From NCBI GenBank assembly GCA_000091205.1, contig AP006498.2: DNA of 64,000 bases, one strand, 5' to 3'. Below, piece by piece: positions 10,121 through 22,209 of this stretch. The notes beneath the pieces are model-generated. The model saw only the letters and a program-made list of their open reading frames with translations. It was not told the origin of the DNA and made no database searches. Both the position numbers and the translations under genes were made by a program. The stretch comes from Cyanidioschyzon merolae. Its lineage: Eukaryota. Position 1 is the stretch's first letter; every line of letters starts with the position of its first letter.

Positions 10121-11218
10121 ATGCGGTATTCGCGAAGAGAAGCACAACACGCAGGCTCGTGGTACCAGAGTGACACCGAAAGGCTTAGCCAGGCGCTGGA
10201 ACAGTGGCTGAGACGTGTTCCATCGCAGCTGACGCCTCTAAGGCCAGCCGATGACGCGATACTGTTTCGGAACCTGTGGGGTAAACGGGACCACTTTCTG
10301 GATGACAGCAATGTCGAAGCATCGCTCTCCTCTGAGCAAAATCCGCAACAAGTTCAGACCCAGACACAAGTTCAAGGCCGCGGAACCCTCGAGATCCTGG
10401 TGGTGCCGCACGCTGGTTACGCTTACTCGGGTGAAACCGCTGCATTCGCCTACGCTCAAGTGGATCCAGCGCGCTTTGATCGTGTGGTGATTATCGGGCC
10501 CTCACACCACGTGTACATGCAGAAGTGCGGCTTATCGGGAGCGGAGCGGTTGGCGACTCCCCTGGGCGACTTGCTGGTAGACACCGCACTGGTCCAATCT
10601 TGGAGTCAGCTCTATCCGGAGCTTTTCGAGATACTGTCCAAGAGTACTGACGAGGACGAGCACTCAATTGAAATGCAGCTACCCTTCTTGGCGAAGGTGT
10701 TTCAGGGACGCTTACAACAGGTTCGCTTTGTGCCGATCATGTGTGGAGCGTTGTCGCCATCCAAGGAGAAGGCATGCGGGCGTTTCTGCGCAGAGCAGGT
10801 GTTGCAGCCCCGGACACTGCTCGTGGTATCTACCGACTTTTGTCACTGGGGTCAACGTTTTGGTTATACACCCGGCTGCAAGGACAAACTTGCTCAAGAA
10901 CGCCAACGCCTTGGTGTAGGCCTCTCCGACTATATTCGTGCGCTCGACTCGATGGGCATGTACTTGATTTCCCTGAAAGATGCCGAGGGCTTCCGCGCTT
11001 ACCTCCAGAAGACTGGCAATACGATCTGCGGCAGACATCCTCTGGCGGTGATGCTCTGGGCAGTGCATTTCGCGGAACCTTCTGCCTGGCGACTTGTGTT
11101 CCTGCGATATGCGCAGTCCTCAGCTTGTGTGGATGCGCACGATAGCTCCGTGAGCTATGTGGCTGGCGCTGGCTACAGGGTTTACGAAGAACCCAGAGAG
11201 ACGAAATCCCTGAGGTAG
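10121..11218 (+). CDS. MEMO1: MEMO1 family protein (AmmeMemoRadiSam system protein B / Memo-like)
   Basis: ATG at 10121 gives MRYSRREAQHAGSWYQ, as MEMO1 starts. Motifs are LVVPHAGYAYSGETAA, IGPSHH, HSIEMQLPFL and VSTDFCHWGQRFGYT. The track ORF starts upstream at 9863. Confidence 0.9.
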   Translation: MRYSRREAQHAGSWYQSDTERLSQALEQWLRRVPSQLTPLRPADDAILFRNLWGKRDHFLDDSNVEASLSSEQNPQQVQTQTQVQGRGTLEILVVPHAGYAYSGETAAFAYAQVDPARFDRVVIIGPSHHVYMQKCGLSGAERLATPLGDLLVDTALVQSWSQLYPELFEILSKSTDEDEHSIEMQLPFLAKVFQGRLQQVRFVPIMCGALSPSKEKACGRFCAEQVLQPRTLLVVSTDFCHWGQRFGYTPGCKDKLAQERQRLGVGLSDYIRALDSMGMYLISLKDAEGFRAYLQKTGNTICGRHPLAVMLWAVHFAEPSAWRLVFLRYAQSSACVDAHDSSVSYVAGAGYRVYEEPRETKSLR

Positions 11219-11806
11219 GGTTACAACGAAAAGCCAAGATGAGCGTCGATGGAAACTGCTTGTTTGGAGCGGCGCAATGAAGGCATGATGCGGATTTTCT
11301 CGTGGCTCGCTTCGTTACCGCCGTTTGAGGTGCCCGGTTTCACTGCATCACTGGTATTTTGTCAGGACGCGCACGCTTACTTTGCTTGCAGTGCTTCGAT
11401 GCGACGAGAGCATGTGTATCCTGCTCACACCGTTGGCATTTATAGTGCCGATCATCCCACAACGAACGAAGTGCTCTACTTGTTGCGGTGTTTGCCCCGC
11501 GGCACTGAGCGTGCCTCGTATTCTTTCTCCGAAGCGCGCATCACGAAACGCTTCCTCTTTGCGTCAGTCTAGAAGCAGATACCTCGATGTAGACGCACGG
11601 AACGCAAAGAAGAGATGCTAGCTCGTAAAAGTAGCAATGCTGTTTACCGAGCTCTAGCGCTCGTTCCAAGCCTCACAGCGCGTACACCTCGCTACTGGCA
11701 GTGAATTCCAGGGCAGGCGGCCACCAAGAGCGAGCCAGTGACCCTATGCCAATTCGGATTCAAGAAAAAGGCGCGCAGACCTCAAACGGCGTACTGCCTG
11801 CGTTGT

Positions 11807-12949
11807 TTAGCGAGAACACAAACGCGTTCGAAAGCGATAGTGCGCAACGAACCATTCGTCACCTCCTTGATAGGACCAGAGTTCTGCACATGCCATGAAG
11901 AAGGTTCGCCAGTAGGCCTCCCATCGGATCGCCTCCCTTTCGCTTCCATAGACTTGCCGAAAGAGTTTTCTAACCGCTTCACGATTGCGGTCCATGTTGC
12001 TCAACCAGTGCTCCGCGGTGTTCGCGTAGTGCATGCCGTTGACACTCCATTTGCGCTCCAGTAACAAGTGCTCTTGGAAACGATACAGCAATCTATCGCT
12101 TGGCATGGTACCGCCTGTAAAGAAATACCGAGCCATCCAGTCCGCTTCACTGGTCGCCTCGAAGTGGTACGGCACAGCACGGTGAACAAAGATATGGATG
12201 AAGAGCTTGCCCTGTCCGTCCGGCTTTAACCAACCCGCGATCTTTGCCAACAGTCTATCGTACTGCTTCATATGCTCAAACATTTCGACGCTCACGATGC
12301 GATCGAAAGCGGCACCCGCCGACACATTGCTGGGGCCGTCCCAGTCGTTGATGTCCGCAGTAAGCACCTGGATTCGCGGGTTCGATTCACCTTTGGTAGT
12401 CCAACCGGCGCTCTCAAGGCGGTTCTCAATAAAAGCCCGTTGTGACTTGGAGTTGCTCACTGCAACGATGCGCATATTCGGATAGCGCTCGGCGAGGTAG
12501 AGACTGAGCGAGCCCCATCCACACCCCAGGTCCATAACATACTGACCATCAGCGAGCTCAGCGCGTTCACATGTGAGCGCCAACATAGCCTCCTCTGCTT
12601 CAGCCAGAGATCCGGTGCCGCGGCACGCAAAGTACCCGCAGGAGTACTTGAGGCGTGGTCCGAGCACGAGTTCAAAGAACGCACTGGGTACCTCGTAGTG
12701 CTGCTCGTTCGCAGCAGTCGTGTGCTCTGCGATGGAACTGCGTCTATGCAAGTCCTCAAGAAACAACTCTTCTTTGTCGGCGATAATCGTTACGAGAGAA
12801 GTTTCAGGCTCCGATCCAGGACGAACGCCTGGGAGTGGACTGTACAGCTCCGCGAGCCGTTCACGGAGGAGTTTGCGTATGCCTGCTCGAATCACCCAGT
12901 CGGGCAGGAGGTTGCGCTCCAGCAACCTTTGCGCCACGCTCAAGAGCAT
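11807..12949 (-). CDS. cyclopropane-fatty-acyl-phospholipid synthase (CMAS family SAM-dependent methyltransferase)
   Basis: ATG at 12949. SAM-binding motif VMDLGCGWGSLSLYLAERYP. Diagnostic CFA-synthase motifs are FDRIVSVEMFEHM and a C-terminal WSYQGGDEWFVAHYRF. Confidence 0.9.
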   Translation of the reverse strand: MLLSVAQRLLERNLLPDWVIRAGIRKLLRERLAELYSPLPGVRPGSEPETSLVTIIADKEELFLEDLHRRSSIAEHTTAANEQHYEVPSAFFELVLGPRLKYSCGYFACRGTGSLAEAEEAMLALTCERAELADGQYVMDLGCGWGSLSLYLAERYPNMRIVAVSNSKSQRAFIENRLESAGWTTKGESNPRIQVLTADINDWDGPSNVSAGAAFDRIVSVEMFEHMKQYDRLLAKIAGWLKPDGQGKLFIHIFVHRAVPYHFEATSEADWMARYFFTGGTMPSDRLLYRFQEHLLLERKWSVNGMHYANTAEHWLSNMDRNREAVRKLFRQVYGSEREAIRWEAYWRTFFMACAELWSYQGGDEWFVAHYRFRTRLCSR

Positions 12950-13106
12950 TGTTGGAGTCAGTCCAGCTCTTGATACGAACGTGAAACAAAGTGAACGACT
13001 TGCAAGGAGTGCCTCCTGTTTGAACGCGGATAACAGCGTAACAAATAGTTATGAAGCGCTTTGGATCGTCGCACGGGGTATTGACGCGCAGCCTTTTGTG
13101 ATTTAT

Positions 13107-13790
13107 TGTGCTGGATAGAAAACGTACATTGACCATTCATCGTTGATTCCGTGATTAGATATTGGCATTCGGTGAACGCATCCATCATGGTGCACGCTAC
13201 CTTCAAGTTCCATGACTTGTACTTTTTATCGGATGTACTGGTTATTTCGTACGTTCTATTGTGCACCGAGGCTGCCTTGATGGTCAGCAAAAGTGCCTGT
13301 ACCGATGATTCGAATGCTGCGCAGAGACTGCGAGGCATTGCCATATGACTGAGGACGTCAGCTGGAGGTATCGTTCACCCGACACGGCATCGGGATTCAT
13401 GATCATTCTGGAAGCTGGAAAGCCGTGCAGAAAGGCCTGCTGCCTACTGCCTGCGGCAGCGCGAAGCGGTATGCTCGGAGACGATCGGGTCTCGGGCGAT
13501 GTCTAGATGCATCCTGTTCGCTGCTCTTCTCAGCGTAATCTTCGTTGCAGACGTTCTGCTCAGATCTCTCTTCAGCACCCGACACTATAGATGCCTACAA
13601 AGTACAATCACCGTTGACTCGTCCGTCTCTAGGGCGCTTCCGCTTTGGCGATAAACTTTCGTAAATACGGAGAACGTTTCCCTGTTAAAATGGCTACCGT
13701 AGATTGCCAGAGGGATTCTCTTATCTGGTTGCTCGTTGGTGGTTCGATTCCGTTCTCTTTTGAATTTATTATGTAAGGAAAACGCCCGCT
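13107..13790 (-). repeat. non-coding dispersed repeat (~650 bp), copy A
   Basis: Reverse-complement match to copy B and copy C over about 650 bp. Its forward-strand 3' end reads ...gttggtggttcgattccgttctcTTTT, a tRNA T-loop-like GGTTCGATTCC followed by a T-run. Confidence 0.85.
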
Positions 13791-14634
13791 CATCTCCGAG
13801 TTCTACCGCTCTCCATGATAGAATGCTCTGCAGCTGAGACGCTTCTATATGTTGTCGAAAACACGTGGTGTCTCGCATTCATTTACGACAATGCAAGACG
13901 GCAGCAACCGTTGCAGAAATCGCCAAACAAGCATATCTCTCTGCTGGAAGGAATGAGTCCGATTCCTCGTTCGCTGCACGAGTTCAGGCTCAGATCGCAT
14001 CTCACTTGAAAGACAGCACGGGACTGTGACAGCCACTCGTGAAATGCCTGCACAGCAGTGCAGTGTTGTGCCATGATTTTTCTGATAGGCCAGGATGTCC
14101 ATAGGTACTCGTCACAGCGTGGATGTTCTCTTCTGGTTTGCCTGATGCATGAGCCCGACACAAGGATGCACAGACGGAGCGCGCTCGGCCGAAGCAGCGA
14201 ACCTCTGATTGACCCGAAAAGAAGCTAGCAAGACATGCGATTACATGCACACAGTCGCATTTTTGTGCATGTTCTTCGAGGCGCTCAGCGCAAGTCGCGG
14301 GCAGGGAGATGTTCGCACTCTTGAAAGTCGGGCCCGTACATGGTGAGGTTTTTGGTCGTGCCCTGGCGGCCCGCACTTGAAAGGCATCTCTCGGATGGGC
14401 GATTAAGTCTCGCATGAGCGCCGGTGCCGAAACGATCAGGTTTTCGTCTGCGGGTCCCATCGCTAAAGCAAAAAGGAAACTCTCTGGAATTGTATCAATC
14501 TACAATATACTGTTCATTTAAGAATCTATCCAACTTCTGAACACGCCATTGCCGAAACAAATAGGTTCTTCAGCTGGCGAGTGCAGTGCGTAGAAGCGAA
14601 TCCGGTCAACAATGAATGCGGAACGCATAGAAGA

Positions 14635-15265
14635 ACGGAATCGAACCACCAACGAGCAACCAGATAAGAGAATCCCTCTGGCAATCTACGGTAGCCATTT
14701 TAACAGGGAAACGTTCTCCGTATTTACGAAAGTTTATCGCCAAAGCGGAAGCGCCCTAGAGACGGACGAGTCAACGGTGATTGTACTTCGTAGGCATCTA
14801 TAGTGCCGGGTGCTGAAGAGAGATCTGAGCAGAACGTCTGCAACGAAGATTACGCTGAGAAGAGCAGCGAACAGGATGCATCTAGACATCGCCCGAGACC
14901 CGATCGTCTCCGAGCATACCGCTTCGCGTTGCCGCAGGCAGTAGGCAGCAGGCCTTTCTGCACGGCTTTCCAGCTTCCAGAATGATCATGAATCCCGATG
15001 CCGTGTCGGGTGAACGATACCTCCAGCTGACGTCCTCAGTCATATGGCAATGCCTCGCAGTCTCTGCGCAGCATTCGAATCATCGGTACAGGCACTTTTG
15101 CTGACCATCAAGGCAGCCTCGGTGCACAATAGAACGTACGAAATAACCAGTACATCCGATAAAAAGTACAAGTCATGGAACTTGAAGGTAGCGTGCACCA
15201 TGATGGATGCGTTCACCGAATGCCAATATCTAATCACGGAATCAACGATGAATGGCCAATCTATA
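14635..15265 (+). repeat. non-coding dispersed repeat, copy B (inverted partner of A, ~845 bp spacer)
   Basis: Begins agaacggaatcgaaccaccaacgagcaaccagataagag... and is near-identical to the reverse complement of A. It diverges from A/C at its distal end (~15250). Confidence 0.85.
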
Positions 15266-15927
15266 CGCTTTGTCAAACAAAAAACAATAGAAATGAATCC
15301 GCTTACAGCGAGGATCCAGCGCAGACGCGTCGCCCTACCGCCATCATATTCCACAATTGTGTATCATTGTCCAAGATACCGAGCAGCCGGAACAGAGGCC
15401 TCCTCCCGAGCCTTTCGCACCGCCTTGGCGCGACGGCTTTTTGAAGACCAGTATTCCAGCCGCAGCACCTGCTGCGTTTGCCCAGAGAGCAGCAGCCGTT
15501 CCGTGTGTGTGCCCTTTCTGGTTTCGAACGCTGTATTGAAGCACATTTTACGCACTCCACAGGGAAACAAGTGTCAAAAGCGCGTGTTGCACTATCAAGT
15601 ACGGTTCGTTGCCTGCGACGCAACGCTAGGTACAACGCTGCGCCTTTGCTCCGTGGCGCAGTGTGCAGCCTGCGAGCCTGTGCGCCTTGTGCACAGTCTG
15701 TGCACTCGTTTCGAGACTATCCAAGCGCGTGCTCAGCTGAGCGTAGAAGGAAGAATAAGTTTTCGTGGCATAGGTAGCGCATTTCAAAGGTTTGGCGCGG
15801 AACCGAAAGACGCACGGGGCAATCGCCGCCTCTGCTGGCCGGAAAACCGTCATGAAAAGCAGGTTGTGCTGCGGGAACGGCGAATCAGAAATAAGTTGGG
15901 TTCCACTTCGAGCTCCGTGGTGCGAAT

Positions 15928-17857
15928 ATGTCGCGTCCCAGATACCTCACGAGCGAGGAGCCAAGCCCGCATGCATCGCCAGTGCAGCCGGCTAGGGTAC
16001 GAAAGGCGCAGTTATCGTCGCCGCTTTGGGAGCACGCGTGCCCGCAGGCATTGCCCGAAGAGTCGATGCTGTCTCTTGGCCAAAAGCGAGCTCTTGGGGA
16101 TCGACACGCTTACCATCGAGCTTTTGACGATGCTTGGCAGCGTCCCGGTCCCCGAGAGCGATCGACTTCAGAGCCGCTGCTCATGGGAGTCGACGCCTTT
16201 GTCTCGGGCGACTTGAAATTCAGCACTGCTGCGGAGGTTCCGCTGGACAGGTCTGCCGCCCATTGGAACCCGGACTCGACACCACTCCCGGGTCGATCGT
16301 TTGATGGGGCGTGCCTCCAGCAGACGGACTTTTCCAACTGGTACGCTGATGAGCCGAACTCATCCCTGATGATTCACGATGAATGCTTTGACACATCCGC
16401 AATCGATGGAGAAACGTATTCGGACTCGACATCGGGCGGGGTAGACGTGCGTCCGGAGCGGCCACCTTTCGCTTCTCCGCTGAGCGAAACCGACGATACG
16501 ACGGAGGATAGGCCGCTGGTACACCCAATTAGGGAGTCGACGAGCGCTTGCCTGTGCCAGTATCGCATAGAATTCATGTGTGAGGCGTGCGTCTCTCGCG
16601 CTGGGAATGCGGACGGGGTAGTATCCGCCAGCCCGAGTGATTCCGAAAACGACCACTGCAGATTGCCAGAGCAATGCCCAATAGAACGGCCTGATGCCTG
16701 CTGTGGTCTCGGAACAACTGAAGCAGCAGGCAGCAGTAATGATCAAACACAGGTATCGACTGCGCAGCATGCGTCGGGCAATGCAGAGCGCTCCTCATCT
16801 GACACTCAACACGAGCGGCGATGTGAGGTATGCACATCATGCACCATGCAACGAGCGAGTCAGTGTGCGCACCATGCACAGTCAAGCGTCGTATGCCCTC
16901 TTTCCACTGGGGAACGTAGTTCACGGGATTCCGGGCTCAGTTCACTAAGGAATGTTCCCGCAGCGTCCGGCGATGCGCCTCCTCTTCGGAGCAGTGTCGC
17001 GGATGCAAGTGCGTACGACGCACGTCCGGAGGATCGAGATGCAGCTTGCATGGCGCTGCTTCCAGGTTATGGAGGCACGAACTCCGCGGCACAAGAACAA
17101 ACCCGAAACGGATTTCCACTAGATAGGCATCTGGACTGCACTGCAGCGGAGACGCTGGTTGGCTCTGGGCGGCGTCGTAGTCTTGCTGCGGCAAACGCGT
17201 TCCGATCCCTGCTTCAAGGTCGGCAGCTGCCCAGCCGAACAACGCAGCGATGCAGCGCGGCACATGAGCCGTCCGATCTCATGGACACCGAGTCGGGTTG
17301 TGATGACTCGACATCCAACGCATCGTCACCGCCATCGTCGTCGATAGTCGCGAGAGGCAGCATGTTCTCATCAGACGCGAGTACCTTTCCTGCGGATGAT
17401 GGTGCGAAACGCTCGCATCATTTGCCTTCAGCGAACTCGCCACCCGGCTCGTGTTCATCGAGTGACTCCATTGGGGCGCTACGCTCAGCGCCCATGCGAG
17501 ACGCTTCTGCTGAAAGAGCACAGCAGAGCGCCCGGCGACAACGGGAGCCGCGTGGACCTCCAGATGAGCAAGCAGCAGGTGCATTGGTGACTTGTGCACA
17601 CCTGTCGCAAATCGACACAACGCAGGCCTGGTCGGCGCCAATCGGCGAGTCCGGATGCGCCCTAGTCAAGTCAGCGACGCCGTTGTGTACGCACGACCTT
17701 GCGCCGGTAGACGGCGCTTGTGGTGTCGATGCTGCACACGAGAAACCAGCGCCTCTGCTGCACCTTGTTGACTCGAAGCAAACTGCAGCGTACTCGAGCG
17801 GTGCCTGGGATTCATCTGCTTCCTATGATGTGAGCAAAGACGACGACAACGACGACG

Positions 17858-17888
<31 letters not shown>

Positions 17889-20406
17889 AATGCGCTGGAC
17901 GCTGGAGCACCATCAGCGGATGCAGCAAACGGCGCTGTCGCCTTCTGCGGCCGTTCTGGACCACACCACGTCCATTGAGCTGCGTCTTGCGTTGGAGCAG
18001 GACGTTCCAGTCTCCGGACGGGCGCAGGTCAACAACGCAGATCGCGGTGATGCACCAGTATCCAGGTGTGGGCTACGCGGTGTCGGCGCTTGGCACGCTG
18101 TGGACACGACCGCCTGCAAAGCAACCTTTCCAAGTGTCCACGAACCTGCTTTTCCGCGTACAGATCAACCCTCAGACTCGGAGGATGCGTCGGGTCCACG
18201 TTCGCTCAAATGGTGCCGTACCACCACCATTGCGGATCCCGGTGATGGGAGTGGTTTGCGAGCGGACTCGCGCAGCGCCTCGAATGCGCCTACGCTACTA
18301 GTTGAAGGTGACACGAGCCACGTGACTGCCGGCTCGGGCAAAGTACCCTGTTCGGCTGCAGTCGCTCCAGGAATCGCGGACTGCTTGGCACCGACAAAGT
18401 CCTCGGAGACGCTCCCAGAGCATCGCCGAGATCGCAAGCATGCGCTACGAAAAGGCCAAAGCGTCTGGAGGCGGACCAGGTCTGCAGTAGCTCGTTCGTT
18501 CGAACACGCCGTTCAGAGTGTGCAAAGAGCAGCAAAACGCGCTTCGGGCCCCGGCGCTTGTACCCATCCGAGCGGAGCAAGACCCCAGGCCGCGGATCGG
18601 TGCCCAGAGAGCGTCTCCGTCGCCAGCAACACGGCCGTGAAACAGACTGCGCAGGGGTTTACGGATCTGTCGCTGGAACAGTCTTTGTATGATCGCTTGG
18701 CAGCGGACTTGGAGCGGACCATCGAACGGCTCAAGGCTCCTGTGGTGGCAAATGCGGTAGCTGCGGATCGACCGCTAGCCAAGGCCCCAAAACAGCATGC
18801 ACACCATTTTGGTTTGCACATGTTCGAGCAACTTCGCGGACACTCGTTCGCTTGCCGACGACGAAAAGCCGCGACACGTCCTGGTCCCAGCGAGACTGCT
18901 GCAGATGCTGGGGCTGCAAGCGCATGCCTGCCGGCCGCAGATGCCACGGACTTGTTTCGAGCAGCGGACTGGGACAACGACGCTGTGCCAGCAGCAGCAG
19001 CAGCAGCATCACAGACGGAAGCCTTATTCGCGGTAGCAACGTGTGCGGATGGATTCGCGGTATCCTTCAGGGCACTTGACAGGCGCCTGGAGCGCGAGGG
19101 CCTAGCCGCAGGCGCAACCTCGGATGCAGCGCGACTACCATGCAACTGGGTCAAGAATCGCTACGCTGATATTCTCCCTTTCGATCGGACGCGGGTTCGC
19201 TTGCTGGAGGTGCAGTCCGCGGCCGCTGGTGGGCCGCCCTGGCTCCCCGCCACCGACTACATCAACGCCAGCTGGATACGGGGAGCGATCCCCGAGAGTC
19301 GGCGCTTCGCCTACATCGCAACGCAGGCACCGCGTGCCAACCATGAAAGCGAACGAGACTTTTGGCACATGATCGCCGAACAACGAGTGCCCTGTATCGT
19401 GATGCTTACGCGCACCATGGAACAGGGGCGAGAGAAATGCGCTCCATACATGCGAACCGGGGTATTCGGGGCCTATCAGCTGCGAATCGTTCGGGAGTAC
19501 CACTGGCGTGTGGAGGGCGCGTGCTCAGCCTGGTGCCTGCAACCGCCGTGTGCTTCAGTGCAAAGCGATGCGAACGCTGCGGTATTGGCGGCTATACGCG
19601 ACGCGGAAACGACGACACCGTTGATTGTTCGCGTGATAGAGCTTCAACGCGTGCGACCGCTCAACCAGAAGCGGGATGCAGCTAGCACCCAGAGCACCGT
19701 CTCGCTGCCGCTGGAGCGCATCGGGGATCGATGGCGACTCGTCCAGCTGCAGTATACGGCGTGGCCGGATCACGGGGTCCCGCAGTCGGTGGTGCCGCTC
19801 CTGCAGCTCGTCGATCTCGTGAACGATGCCCGGACGCTCTACGGAGCTAGCCAGGCGGCCATGTTGGATCGACTCCGTGGCAACCTCGACGCCAGAGAGC
19901 GTTTGTTAACGGTTAGCTTGCAGGAGCGGGGCACAGCGATGGGGCCGTGTTCGCAAGCAGCAGCGGCAGCAGCTGGTGCTGGTGCTGGACCAGTCGGAGA
20001 CTCAGCGCCGCTGGTACGCTCGGCCAGCCGGACTCGATACGGCCCTGTCGTGGTACACTGCAGTGCAGGTATTGGCCGCACGGGTACATGGATCGCGCTC
20101 CATTTGCTTCTGGAGAAACTGAAACACGGTGATGGGCCGGCACCCGGCGAAACCTTCGCTGACTTTACAGCCCAGACGGTGCTGCAGTTGCGTGCACAGC
20201 GCATGGGTATGGTTCAGACCGCAGCCCAGTATCGTCTGCTGCACGAAGCGTGCTTGCTGGGCTTGCGGCGTGACTCGCAGCCGTTGATCAAACTGCCACC
20301 GGATGAGGACTTGTTTGCGGAGGCATCGACGAGGTCTCAGATGACTGCAGCAGATCGGGCGGGCGCGTTCCCTGCTCCGCAACATGACGACAGTGTCAGT
20401 CGCTGA
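15928..20406 (+). CDS. classical protein-tyrosine phosphatase with ~1000 aa disordered S/A-rich N-terminal region
   Basis: ATG at 15928. All classical PTP motifs are present in order: NRYADILPFDRTRVRL, DYINASWI, FWHMIAEQRVPCIVMLT...KCAPY, WPDHGVP, VVHCSAGIGRTG, QTAAQY. No TM segment is evident. Confidence 0.85.
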
Positions 20407-21194
20407 ACGGATGCTTTGCGTATAAAACATGGAGCGTTCAGGTGAGGAAACATAGAGACTTGTACGTTTACGGGTTGCCAGCTGCAGATCACGGGTACAC
20501 GCTCTTCGAGCAAACTCAACGACGCCGTGGGTCATACTCACCAACAAAATCATCCCCGTCATCCTGCTTCGAAGACCAGCTAATGAAGAGTACCAGCATC
20601 GTGATGAAGACACCGAGCAGCACGATGAGCAGACGTGAGTCGTCGATTCCAAGCGGCTCACCGGTGCCGTCGGTGGCCCAGGCGGCAGACCCCAGGGTCA
20701 TCCATGAGGTTAGCGTGGTCACAGCGCTAACGGGCACTGCCTGCCAGCCTGCCGGCAGCCGTGCGCGCTCTTGTTTCGTACTATGCAGCGCACACTGAAG
20801 ACGCGCGGGAACTCGCCTTGCCGCCACAGCAAGCTTAAGCGTTGTGCCGCTGGTGCTAGTGCCCGCTGAAACCGGTCCCCGAACGAGACCCAGCGGAGAA
20901 ACGAAAGCACAGTTGACCATGGATAGTATATAGCGAAAAACTCGAGAAGGGCTTGTTCTTGTAACTGGACTAGGTGTGCTTAGGCACGTTCCAAAGGCAA
21001 GCACACGAGCAACACGTGCTCCGTGTTGAAACTGTACCGATGCGTGCTCTCCGACGATCGCCGCCGAGCTCACGATCGAGGCGCAGGAGGCCGCACACTG
21101 GGATGCGTAAAACGCTCAATTACATGTGCCTGCGGATAGCGCGCCCGCTCCTGACGAGATCGCGTTCCGGCGGCGGGCGTCGTCGTCGCGCACC

Positions 21195-22072
21195 GTTGGA
21201 TGCCACACGCCGTGCTATCGGCATGATTATGGGTAATTTTATATACACAATTGGTCTATACGGTCGTGCGTAGCAGAAGACATCCAGGGTCGCATCCGAT
21301 GCACAGAAGCGCTATCGGCATGATTATGGGTAATTTTATATACACAATTGGTCTATACGGTCGTGCGTAGCAGAAGACATCCAGGGTCGCATCCGATGCA
21401 CAGAAGCGCTATCGACATGATTATGGGTAATTTTATATACACAATTGGTCTATACGGTCGTGCGTAGCAGAAGACATCCAGGGTCGCATCCGATGCACAG
21501 AAGCGCTATCGGCATGATTATGGGTAATTTTATATACACAATTGGTCTATACGGTCGTGCGTAGCAGAAGACATCCAGGGTCGCATCCGATGCACAGAAG
21601 CGCTATCGGCATGATTATGGGTAATTTTATATACATAATTGGTCTATACGGTCGTGCGTAGCAGAAGACATCCAGGGTCGCATCCGATGCACAGAAGCGC
21701 TATCGGCATGATTATGGGTAATTTTATATACATAATTGGTCTATACGGTCGTGCGTAGCAGAAGACATCCAGGGTCGCATCCGATGCACAGAAGCGCTAT
21801 CGGCATGATTATGGGTAATTTTATATACATAATTGGTCTATACGGTCGTGCGTAGCAGAAGACATCCAGGGTCGCATCCGATGCACAGAAGCGCTATCGA
21901 CATGATTATGGGTAATTTTATATACATAATTGGTCTATACGGTCGTGTGTAGCAGATGGCATCCAGGGTCGCATCCGATGCACAGAAGCGCTATCGACAT
22001 GATTATAGGTAATTTTATATACATAATTGGTCTATACGGTCGTGCGTAGCAGAAGACATCCAGGGTCGCAGC
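21195..22072. repeat. minisatellite, ~97-98 bp unit x ~9
   Basis: Unit gctatcggcatgattatgggtaattttatatacacaattggtctatacggtcgtgcgtagcagaagacatccagggtcgcatccgatgcacagaagc. Copies differ by a few ordered substitutions (ggcatg/gacatg; acacaatt/acataatt). Confidence 0.9.
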
Positions 22073-22209
22073 GTCCACCAGGTAGGAACGCCAGCCAGAC
22101 GCCACTCACATCGCTGCGACGCTAGAGCGCCCGTGGGATCTGCAAAGAAAAACCCTGTCGTGGCGCTTGGTATGCGTACTGGGATCAACGCCCACGTAGA
22201 TAAAGCCTG

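Noticed and set aside
13735-13775. tRNA gene at GGTTCGATTCC in repeat A
   Set aside because: Only the T-loop box is recognisable. I could not build acceptor, D or anticodon arms around it by hand, so it is treated as a tRNA-derived motif within a repeat rather than a tRNA gene.
15044-16216. 390 aa ORF on the plus strand
   Set aside because: It starts inside repeat copy B and runs into the PTP gene's upstream region. It is Arg/Ser-rich low complexity. The same repeat in other copies is not open in this frame.
20516-21073. 185 aa minus-strand ORF with one C-terminal hydrophobic helix
   Set aside because: No domain and no ATG-anchored start checked. It overlaps an opposite-strand ORF. Insufficient support to call a gene.
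21195-22072. Tandem arrays as possible CRISPR
   Set aside because: Eukaryotic context. The units are contiguous, with no unique spacers between repeats and no cas genes. They are minisatellites.
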